Of a stretch of DNA of 64,000 nucleotides, positions 23,252 to 35,200 are shown piece by piece. Position 1 is the first letter of the stretch. The number at the start of each line of letters is the position of its first letter. Under the pieces are notes generated by a model. The model saw only the letters and a list, made by a program, of their open reading frames with translations, was not told the DNA's origin and did not search any database. The DNA is from Gekko japonicus (lineage: Eukaryota): assembly GCF_001447785.1 (NCBI RefSeq), contig NW_015168654.1, positions 2,120,031-2,184,030 of the forward strand, given 5' to 3'. A program made the position numbers and the translations under genes.

Positions 23252-26200
23252 ATGAAGCGGCCCAAGGTGGGACCTCCCTCCCTTGGCATCCTGGGCCTTT
23301 TTGGACGGAAACCCAAAGTGACTTTGGAGCAGGATGGGAAGCTAGAATCCCCTCTGGGCAACCCTGAAGAGACCCACATCTCTCTGGTGCCAGAAGGGGA
23401 GGAGGAGGAGGAGGAAGATGAAGGCTTGCTAGAATGCCCACTGTGCCTGCTGCCCCAGCCTCCAGAGGCCTTCCCTGCACTCTCCTGCTGTTCCCACCTG
23501 TCCTGCCTCACCTGCTTGCAGCAATACTTGCGCATCGAGATCAGCGAGAGCCGCGTCCAGGTGGCCTGCCCACACTGCCCTGCTCTCCTCCAGCCCTCCG
23601 AGATCCACCAGCTGCTTCCCGAGGCCAACCTGTGCGAGAAGTATGAGGAATATCTGCTGCGGCGCCTCCTGGTGGCTGACCCAGGCACACGCTGGTGCCC
23701 TGCTCCGGATTGCAGGTGGGGCAGGGGTGACCTTTGGGGGAAGTGGAACTCATGTGGAGTTTTCCTGTAAACCAGGTCTGACCTGTCCACCAGGAAAGGG
23801 AGTGTGCCCTTTGGGCCACGGAAGACATGCCTATCCCATCATTCAGGGCTGCCATGGGCTGGATCCAGACTAAGCTTTCCACTAATAGAAGGAGAGGTGT
23901 AATTTCCATCGATTCCCCACCTCCTGCCGCAGACCCCATATGGGGTTTTTGAGAGCCCCCTTATCCCCTAGGAGCAGCACTTTGGGGAGATTAATGGGTG
24001 GCAGTGAGAGGCAGGATGAGGCAAGGAAGTTCCCTTTGGCTGATGGAAGTGCCTTCCGTTTAGTCTGGGTCTAGCCCTCGGTTTGTGCCAGCTGGCCGGA
24101 TGAAGCTCCAGAAGACTCTTGTAGTTGTCTAAACACTTTGTGTGTTACTGCCCAGAAAGGAGGGGGTCCCGGTGGTTTCTTTCATCCTTGATAAGCCTCT
24201 TTATATAACGGAAGAGGATGTAATTATGGCCATAGGCATAGACAGCTTTAAAAGGGGATTAGACAGATTCATGGAGGAGAGGTCTAATCAGTGGCTACCA
24301 CCCATGGTGGCTAAAGGGAACCTCCACATTCAGAGACCTCTGAACCCCAGAGCCAGGAGGCAAGATCAGGGGAAGGCCTCGGCCTCTATGCCCTGTATCT
24401 GGCCCTCCAGAGTAACTGGTCGGCCACTGTGTGAGACTGGGTGCTGGACTAGATGGACCACTGGTCTGATCCAGCAGGGCTGTTCTTATGTTCTTAAGGC
24501 AAGCAGAGAAGTGCTGCAGGGGTGGCCCAGGCACTCATTGGAGACCCTGTTTGGTCCCCATTTGGAAGGGCAGGATCAGATGCTTGCCAGGTTCGGTCCT
24601 CAGCTTTTCCATTCTTAAAAAACCTCAAGCAACACAATTAAGAATGACCTTTCTCTGCCTAAGAACATAAGAAGAGCCCTGCTGGATCAGACCAGTGGTC
24701 ATCTAGTCCAGCATCCTGCCTCACACAGTGGCCAGCCAGTTCATCTGGAGGGCCAACAACAGGGCATAGAGGCCAAGGCCTTCCCTTGATGCCTCCTGGG
24801 TCTGGGATTCAGAGTTTTAGTGCCTCTGAATGTGTAGGTTCCTCTTTGTCACCATGGCTAGTAGCCACTGATAGACCTGCCCGCCATTAATCTAATCCTC
24901 TTTTAAAGCTGTCTATTCCTGTGGCCATTACTGCATCCTCTGGCAGCGAATTCCACATTTTAATCACTCTGTGTATAAAGAAGTATCTTCTTTTGTCCAT
25001 CCTGAATCTACTGCCCATCAGCTTCATTTGATGCCCTCAAGTTCTAGTCTTTTGGGAGAGGGAGAGAAATTTCTCTTTATCAATTCTCTTCACCCCATGC
25101 CTGAATTTGGGGCAAGTGATGCTCTGTATTCTTGGTGCTTGAGGGGGGGGAGCAACAGTGGGAGGGCTTCTACTGTCTTGGCCCCCCTGGTGGTTCTCCT
25201 GATGGCACCAGGTATTTTTGGCCACTGTGTGACAGAGTGTTGGACTGGATGGGCCATTGGCCAGATCCAACATTGGCTTCTCTTATGTTCTTATGAATCC
25301 CTGGAGAGTTCCTGTCAGTCAGAGAAGGCAGTGCGGAGCTGGATGGACCAATTACCCAGTGCAGTGTCCTGCGGTTCCTAAGTGCCCCTGTGTGTGCAGT
25401 GTGAGATCTCAGTTAGGGAAGGCAAAGCAGAAGGTTCTGCTGTGAGGGAGGGAGAGGGTGTGGGGACATCCTCTCCAGTAGAAGCTCTGGAGCAGATGGA
25501 AGCTGGGGTACCTGAAGGATTTTCAGGAGACTGGGGTGAATGTTGAGCCACGATAGCTGCTGGACAAAATTACCTCTGGCCCTCTGACCTTCAGACCACA
25601 ATTTGGGCCCTTGTCACATTCAGAAGGTTTGACAAGACGTTCCATGATGCTATCTGCCAGTGGCATCTGGCTTGGCTCTGACATGTAGGCAGAGGGAGAG
25701 GCCGCATTCTTGCTCACCACAGTTGCAGGAACAGGGAATAACACATCTTATCATGAACACCTGAAGTCGCCTTAGACTGAATTACACTCCTGGTCTATCA
25801 AAGTCAATATTGTCTGTTCAGACAGGTAGGGGCTCTCTAGGGTCTCAGGCAGAGGTCTCTCACATCACCTGCTGCCTGGTTCTTTTTCTTTTTTTAACTG
25901 GAGGTGCTGAGGGTGGAACCTGGGGCCTTCTCTGTGTCAAGCAGATGTTCTACCACTGAGCAGCAACCTCTCCCCATTATTGCTTCAGTTACTATGTGGG
26001 CTTCTTAATGCTTGTGTAAGAGAGGAGGAGGAGGAGATTGGATTTATACCCCACCCTTCACTACCAGAAGGAGTCTCAGAGCAGCTTACAACCTCCTTTC
26101 CCTTCCCCACAACAGACACCCTGTGAGGTAGGTAGGGCTGAGAGAGCTCTCTCGAGAACTGCCCTTGAGAAAACAGAGATGGTTTCACAGACCTCCCTCT

Positions 26201-29200
26201 CTCATCTTTCTGGGATTCCAGAGAGGACATACGAAATGCCTAAATATAATCTAAATTGAATTCCTCCTGATTGTTTTGCCCTGACTTACCTTCTGTTTTA
26301 AAGCATGAGCTCAGGTTGCAGGCAAGAGCCACTGCCCCGAACTGAGGAGCTTCTCTTTGGGCCCTGAGAGCACCCAGCTCCTCTGACCGCTCCTTAAATT
26401 CCATCTCGAACCTCCTGGCAAAATATCACAAGTACTTGTGTGTTTTGTGAATCCAACAGAAGCACTGACAGTTAGGCACAGAGGATAAAAAATCGTAAAT
26501 GCAGCATATCCACAATGGTGGTGGAAAGTTCTGCCAAGTCGCAGCTAACTTATGGTGACCCTGTAGAGATTTCAAGGTGAGAGACCTTCAGAGGTGGTTT
26601 GCCATTGCCTGGCTCTGCGTCATCATGACCCTAGACTTCCTGGATGGTCTCCTATCCAAATACTAACCAGGTCCAACCCTGCTTCGCTTCTGAGATCTGA
26701 GGAGATCAGGGTAGCTGGGCCATCTAGGTCAGAGCATACCCACAATACTAGGGGCTAGATCCTATCTAGCACAATTAAGACCATAGGAAAAGCCAATGTT
26801 GGATCAGGCCTACGGCCCATCCAGTCCAACACTCTGTCACACAGTGGCCAAAAATACCAGGTGCCATCAGGAGGTCCAGCAGTGGGGCCAGGACATTAGA
26901 AGCCCTCCCACTGTTGCCCCCCTCCCCCAAGCACCAAGAAAGAGAGCGTTTCTTGCCCCAGACTGAGAGTTCCTATCTATAACTTGTGGCTAATAGACAC
27001 TGATGGACCTCTGTTCCATATGTTTATCCAATTCCCTCTTGAAGCCGTCCATGCTTGTAGCCACCACCACCTCCTGTGGCAGTGAATTCCATGTGTTAAT
27101 CACAATTGGAGGTGTGCTAGATCAAGGAGTTTTCTGCCTCCCTTTCCCTGCAGTAACTGGCTGTGCCCCCCAGCTCAAAATTGGACCCTCAGGGATCAGT
27201 GAAGCTCCAGGAACAGTGTGTATTTGTCTGTGGGGGGAGGAGTGGGAGTTCGCAGAGGGTATGATGGGAGAAATTATCCATAACCTGCTTGTCCAGATGA
27301 AAGCATTTTCTGTAAGCAGCCAGGGCCGGCCCCAGTTTACTTTGCACCCTAGGCGAGGATCCCTTTTGGCGCCACCCCTCCCCCCCCGGGCGCCCACCAA
27401 TTTTCAAAAATAAATGCATTTTAGGAAGAATGAAAAACACAAATAATCAAGGAACTCCCAGAGTACGGGGCCGGGTGCAGTTTGGCGCCCCTAAGGGCCA
27501 GCCCGCTCTAGGCAATCGCCTAGTGAGTGAGCCGGCCCTGTAAGCAGCAGAGGTTAGGATACAAGCCAGGAAGTTTGGCTTGAACTTCAGCATGCAGCCT
27601 GGGTTATATTATTTGAAGAGATACCAGGCAGAAGTTGCTTTGCTGGATTTCCCCAAGCTGGAGAGGAAAGCATGGATGTGACTGGTCAGTCCCTGTTCCT
27701 GCCCCCCCTCGACAAGTCAAAGCTTTAAACTTGGCTCTGTTTTAAAGACCCATGCATGTTGGGAATGGTTGAGGACTGAATTTCTGAGTAATCCCAGGCC
27801 AGTCTTTCCAGTAAATGTAACATCAGTTCAGGATGAGATGCTGTTTAAGCATCCCTAATTCTATGCTGGATTGTTGCCGTTTTAAGATTTAAACGATTTA
27901 ATACAGCAGAGTGGTAGGAGATGGCCATGGCTCAGTGGTAGAGCATCTGCCTGGTGTGTAGAAGGTCCAAGTTTCAGTCCCCGGCATCTCCAGTTAAAAG
28001 GATCTGGCAGTCGGTGATGTGAAAGATCTTTCTCTGCTTGAGACCCTGGAGAGCCACTGCCAGTTTTAGTAGACAATACTGACCCAGCTGAACCGATGAT
28101 CTGTTTCATTATAAGACAGCTTCATGTGTTCCCATGTGAAACCTGAGTGACATCGCCTCAGATTTTTAAAATACATTTTTATTCAAGTTTAATTTGAAAT
28201 TACAATGCTCGATAATAGATAACAAAACTACAAAGATTATACCTTTGACAGTATAACAGAAACTTCAACCATTACATCGTAAAACTGAAATGACAAGCAG
28301 TCTATTAGAATTGTTATTCTATTGCACTATTGAACTATAAGCAGCCATGGAGATAATATCAGTATAACCTCTACTTTTAAAAATTCGATTTCACAAAAGG
28401 AGCCCATTTCTTAACTATATAGGAATCATCGACCTGATCCAATCCTTGTATATCATCAGATAGTTTGTCCATAACAAAATAGTTCCATAATTTTGCATGC
28501 CACTTTTGAACCATAGGAGGGTTCTTATCTTTCCATTTTAAAGCTATTTTTTTGCTGCTGTGATCATTGTGGCGCTCGGGGTGGCGCTCGGGGAGGAGCT
28601 GTCCCAAAGACATCCACTAGTCTGTGGGGTGCCCCAAGGGGCAGTTCTCTCCCCGATGTTATTTAACATCTATATGCGCCCCCTTGCCCAGATTGTCTAG
28701 AGACATGGGCTAGGGTGTTATCAATATGCGGATGACACCCAGCTCTATCTGTTGCTAGGTGGTCAGTCTGGCTCTACCCCGGAAGATCTGGACTGAGCGT
28801 TGCGGGACGTAGCGGGCTGGCTTAGGCTGAGCCGACTGAAATTGAATCCGACGAAGACGGAGGTCCTAAGCCTGAATCAGAGTGGCTCGGGGCTAGGGGT
28901 CCCTCTTCCGGCCTTCGGTGGGGCGCCATTGGTGCCAGCGCCGAGGGTCAGGAGCTTGGGAGTGCTCCTGGATGCTTCCCTGACAATGGAGGCCCAGATA
29001 GCAGCCACTGCCAAGGCAGCCTTTTACCACCTTCGGCTGATTAGGCAGTTGGTCTCCTTCCTCGAACGCAACGATCTGGCATCAGTGATCCATGCTATGG
29101 TCACCTCGAGGTTGGAGTACTGTAATGCTTTCTACATGGGCCTGCCCTTGGGGCAACTCCGGAAGCTGCAGCTGGTGCAGAATGCTGCGGCCAGGTTGCT

Positions 29201-32200
29201 GATGGGTCTCCCCATGAGGGAGCACATCCAACCTGTGCTGAAGTCGCTGCACTGGCTGCCAATAGCGTTCCGGATACGCTTCAAGGTGCTGTTTTTGACC
29301 TTTAAAGCCCTTAATGGTCTGGGGCCTGTGTACCTGAGGGACCGCCTTTCCCCATATGTTCCCCCGAGAGCACTGAGATCCGGGACACAAAACCGCCTGG
29401 TCCCCCCTGGCCCTAGGGATGCTAAGTTAACAGCAACAAGAACCAGGGCATTCTCCCTAGCTGCACCAAAGCTATGGAACGAGCTCTGCGGGATCTTCAA
29501 CAATTCCGTAGAGTGGTTGAAGAACAAGCTGTTCCGACAAGCGTTCTAAGAGCCCTGGCCACACTGGCCGCTCCACATGAGCACTAGCACTTTATACGGA
29601 TGGCCGCCAAATCTCAAATCTCAATAGGTTGTACTTATTGCAATGTTTTATGGTTTTATGGTATGGTATTGTATTAGTTGTGATAACTGGTTTTAATTGT
29701 ATATTGGTATTAATTATTTGTAAGCCGCCCTGAGCCGCCTTGGTGGGAGGGCAGGGTAAAAGTTTGATAAATAAATAAATAAATTGTCAGTGTTAAATCC
29801 TTCTTGATTTTAGAAATTTCAAAGTTGTCCCAGAGGTTCAGACATCCTCTCAGATAATGGACTTGGGACATGCTAGTCCAAAGAGTTGCTTGTCACTGGC
29901 CAGCAGCGTCTGACGTCTGACCTGCATAGGACCTGAGTCCGTTCCCCAGCTCAGGCCAGCTGCAAAAAGGACCCTTAAGGATTATTGGTTGTTTGTGCTG
30001 CAGTAGCCTAACATGGCTGCTCTCCCAGAACTCATCCACCTTGCCCAGCACTCCTGATATTAGATTATAGGAGCTCTTCTCTGTAAAAGAAGCTCTAAGC
30101 ATAGGGAAGAGCAGGGAAGGTAGAAGAGCATGAAATATTGTAGAGAGAAGCAAACAAGGCTTGCTTGGGGACCAGACCCCGCTGGAGGATCTGATGCTGC
30201 CCAGAAATACATCAATGCTCAGTCCGGGAGCTGCTCCCCCATGTGAAGGATTCTTGCCTGGTGACGACCAGGGCTGCGACTTTCAGCCACTCTGGGATCC
30301 AAACATGCTGGGCAGTAGATCACACCTGAAGTGACACACAGGAGGCCAGAGCTCCCCTGCATTCAAGCTCAGACTCTCAAGACCTAAGAGCAAATTTCTT
30401 ATGCGTGGACAGTAATTTCTGACCCCCTGGAACAGCAATTCTGGAGGCTCAGCGGGCTGCAGCAGGAGGGGGGAATTAGCAGAATTTGCTACCCCCTCTT
30501 ATTTTTTTGTCATTTTATTTCTGAAAATTTCAAAATACAAACATAAATATTGACAGAACAATTGAAATTTCAAAGGAGTACTATAGATTCCAGCTGCAGG
30601 ATATGCTACACAATAAGAAGCACAGTAACAAGATAACTTAATTTTTAGCAGGTTTGCCTGAACCTCTTGCTTCTAAGCAGGGGTCATTTTGTAGAAAAAG
30701 AGGTGCAGGAGCTCATTAGCATAACTCATTAGCATAACTTATTTGCATATGCCACACCTGACATCACCGGAAGTGTGTCAGAAGGCAACACCCACCGCTC
30801 AGGCTCCACTGGACTGTTTTGGATTGCTAGCAATTGGGGGAGGGGGGAACGTGCAGATCTGTCCCTCACAGAGGAGGGAGAGCTTGTACCTGAATAAAAC
30901 CTGGTCTTAAAGGTGCCACTGGACTGTTTTGGACTGGGGGGCCGGGGGGGGGCTCTGCAGCTTACCTGGCTGCTTCTTGCTCTGACTGAGGGCTGCTGGG
31001 AGCAGGGGGTGGGGCTTGTTGCATGTGCCTGCCCCCTGTGCTCTTTACTGCCGGAGCGCCGCTCCTGTGTGCTCCTGCAGGAAATGACCCCTGCTTCTAA
31101 GTAAACAACTGTTACTAAAGATAAGCCAGAAGATTATAATAATGGTGATTCTGAAAGGATTTTTTACTGCGAGCATTCTGTGCCATTGATTCTAATACCG
31201 GAAGGCATCGATCAGAAAGATTAGTGTGACCTGTTTGTTGTTCCGATTGTGAAATATGTTTGGAGATTTTATCCATGAGATAATGGTCCCAAATTCTATT
31301 GTACCACTAACTAATTGTTGGAGGATCTTTGTGTTTCCATTTGGATACTATTAACCTTTTTGCAGCTGATAAAAACAGTGCAGTGAGATCCCTACGTACA
31401 GCTGGGATAGTTCATCTTGCCAATGATTTGATAAAATTAATTCTGATTCCTCTAAAATCAGGTACCCTGTGATTAAATTGACCTGGGCCAATATTCTATG
31501 CCAAAACTTTCTCATAACAGTACAGTACCACCAGGAGACAATTCTTCCGCATAGCTTCCAACACATGGGTGAAAGTTTCATCTTAAGAGGATGAAAACGC
31601 CCTTAAGTCTTTGGGACCGCTTGGACAGCTACAAACCTTTCCTCTCACCATTGCAGGGAGGGCGGGGCATAAATTGAATAAAATAAAATAAAAATAAAAA
31701 TCCCCAAAGGAGATCACAGTCTTTCCTTAATCTCCACCATATCCACAGGGCCTATAAAACGGAGCTGTTCTGCCAGGCCTTTGGTTGAGGTGGCAGATGT
31801 TTTTACCATCTCGGCCTCCCCTGCCCATAGTGGGCCTACAGATGCCTACTATCCTACTAACACCCAACAAGAAGTGTATTAGGCTGCTCTGGACTGCTGT
31901 TATTTTGTGTTGCTGCCATCCTGTTTTTATTAACTGGCTTCAATTGTATATTTAATGTTCTATCACTGTTGTGAGCCACCCTGAGCCCATCGTGGGATAG
32001 GGCGGGACATAAATGCAATAATAAATAAATATTGCGGAGGGTCTGGAACCCAGTCTCTCCCTGTGATCAGTCAGTACTTGAGTCTAGCAAAGAGGGAGAT
32101 CCACTGTCATCTTCTTGGGGAAGCAAAGGCGCTTGCAGTGAACTGGGGGGGGGGGGGATGCATGCAGAGAGTTGACCTGGGAGTGGATGCACTGCTCCTA

Positions 32201-35200
32201 AGCTTACACCTTTCCTCTTGGTCTCTCCCCTTAGCTATGCAGTCATTGCCTACGGCTGTGCTGAATGTCCCCGGCTCGTCTGTGGCCGCCAGGACTGCAG
32301 GACGGAGTTCTGCTACCACTGCCGGCAGCCCTGGCACCCCAGCTCTTCCTGTGAGCAGGCCTGGCGGGAATGGAGCCGGCAAGCTCCAGGGGCAGTGGAG
32401 CTGTCCACCCAGCTGATCCAGAAGGAGGAAGCTTCCAGGCGTGAGTCTGGCCAAAAGGGTATCGTATGTGCCTCTGTTCTCCCAGCACTGGATTGCTCCA
32501 GTGGCATCCCTTCCTCCTTGGTTGGGCTGTCCCTTCTCGCTAGGATTTGGAGAGGAGACCAGCACTTCTGTCACCAAGCTTGGTTCCCCAAATGGGGCAC
32601 TACAGTTCCTTATCTGCTAGTGGCCCACTGCCAGGGGTCCCTCCAAGGCTCTGCTCCACCGCTTGAGAACTAACTATTCTTTCCCTTGTCTTTCCTCTGT
32701 CTCACCAGCAGACACAGAAACCATCAAGGTGTGTCCCCGCTGCGGTGCCTTCATCATGAAGATCAATGACGGGAGCTGCAATCGCATGAATTGCACCGTC
32801 TGTGGATGCCTGTTCTGCTGGCTGTGCTTGCGAGAGATCACGGACGTGCACTTCCTCAGGTGGTAGTGTGCTGTGGGAGGTGGGGGGGAGGCAGATTGGT
32901 GCAGCGGTCAAGGGGACCGCTGGGAGTAAAGGGAAACTGGACCTTTACATTTGGTCCTCCTTCCCAGGTCCCTTTGTGAAATAGAAGCTTAGGCAGCTTA
33001 AGATCTGTCCTGATGCAGCACATAAAACCTGCATCAAGCGTCATGTCTATTAGTCTTCCAGAGGAACTGGTTGGCCACAGCGTGAGACAGGATGCTGGAC
33101 TAGATGGACCAGTGGTCTGACCCAGCAGGTCGTTAATTCGATTTATTAGGATGTTAAAGCATCATTTATTTATATTTGTTTTCATAGCTCAACTTGCATG
33201 CTGTTTTTCTCCTGCAGAAGGCTGCCAAAATGGCTTTTAGCAGACTCTGTAACAACTGGACAATAATCAGTCACTACACAGTTCTTAAAACAGTAGTGTA
33301 AAAATTAACTGCAGCTGCAGGAATGTAAAATTCAGTGAACTTGATTATCACAAAATGTCTGGTGAAGTTTGCCTAAAATGGCAACAGAGTAGGCCTGATG
33401 GATCTCTTTTGGAAGGGTGTTCCAGAGTATTATGGGGTGGGGGCAGGAGCAGTGCTGACTTTAGTTGGGCCTGAGACTCTATACAATCAGGGAGAAGAGT
33501 AGAATTGGCTGTTAACCACACAAGGTGAGGGTCTGATTAAACACAGTGGAAGTCATGGATGTCTCATTATCTTAAAAGTAAATGCCAGGGGCGTGCGACC
33601 CAGTTCAGGCCATTTGGGGAGGGGAGAGGGGGTTTAATCCTCCCAGTTCTGCACGGTTTGGCCTATCAAAACCATAAGAACATAAGAACATAAGAGACGC
33701 AAATGTTGGATCAGGCCAAAGGCCCATCCAGTCCAACACTCTGTGTCACACAGTGGCCAGAAATACCAGGTGCCATCAGGAGGTCCATCAGTGGGGCCAG
33801 GACATTAGAAGCCCTCCCACTGTTGACCCACCCCCCAAGCACCAAGAAGACAGCATCACTTGCCCCAGAGCCCCTAGCTATACCTTGTGGCTAATAGCCA
33901 CTGATGGACCTCTGCTCCATATGCTTATCTAATTCCCTTTTGAAGCCATCCAAACCACCTTCCCTGTGCTGTTATGAGCCCTAGAGGGGAGGGGGGGGGA
34001 GATATCTATAATTGTCCATAATTCTCCCAAAGTATGAGTATATTTGTATGGGTGGGGTGGGATGGGGAGGAGTTTTCAAAGACAAAATCATGCAAATGTG
34101 GAAAAGCAGAGACACCCTCTTCCACCCTGTGTAGCTCTGATCTGGACTGGGATCGCATGCACCTGCATGTTTTGCAAATGCTAAGGCCAGATCACAATTC
34201 TCTCATCATGTTGCTAATGTGGACCCTAAAAACCCCAAGGTTCTGACCTTTGTGGCTACAAAGCCGGCATCAGCATATACCCTGAGGTGGGTTGTCTGCC
34301 AGGGCCCAGAGCTTCTGCCAAAGCCAACTGCCCTTGACCACCACACCCACACCTCCTCTGCCACCTGCCTCCACACCGTTCTCTTGCCTGCTTGCAAACA
34401 CTCCAGCTCCTATGCTCCTGGCCGCCCAGCACTGCAAGGGAAGAGTGTGCTGGTGGTGCAGACGGTGCTCTGGACAGTTTGTAGCATTTGCACTCCCAGC
34501 CACATGCCTCATGCCGTGCAGGAAAGGGCACGTAGGTGGCTGCGGGCGCAGGTAATGGGGAAGGGTCAAGAGTAGCCACGGGAAGGGTGCACAGGCAAGT
34601 GGGGGATACATGGGGAGGGGCAGGAAGGGAAATGTGAGTGGGGATCTTGGTGGTGGGCAAAGGATGGGAGGGGGCATCCCCTGAGCACTTTCTACCCAAG
34701 GCCCTTCAAAACCTAGAAGCAGCCTAGGCCTAGTGACATTTTTCAAACTGCAGGTAAGACCTCCAGCCTCCCTGGCATTCTCACTTCCACTATTGACCCC
34801 CCAGCTGTAAGAACATAAGAGAAACCATGTTGGATCAGGCCAATGGCCCATCCAGTCCAACATTCTTTGTCACACAGTGGCCAAAAACAAGGTGCCACCA
34901 GGAGGTCCACCTGTGGGGCCGGAAGCCCTCCCACTGTGGCCCCCCCAAGCACCAAGAATACAGAGCATCACTGCCCCATAGTGTTCCATCCATACCTTGT
35001 GGCTAATAGCTACAGATGGACCTCTGCTCCATATGCTTATCCAACCCCCACTTGAAGGTGTCTGTGCTTGTAGCCACCACCACTTCCTGCAGCAGGGAAT
35101 TCCACACGTCAACTACTCTTTGGGTGAAGAAGTTCTTCCTTTTACCTGTCCTAAGCTTACTGCTCAGCAATTTCATTGAGTGCCCACGAGTTATTGTATT

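Noticed and set aside
26640-26735. 5S rRNA-like sequence (also ~44370-44460)
   Set aside because: Diverged, and fused to a shared non-5S tail; this is a 5S-derived SINE, not an rRNA gene.
28800-29549. 249-aa ORF in an intron of the RNF19-like gene
   Set aside because: Truncated L2 reverse transcriptase with an upstream stop; not a host gene.
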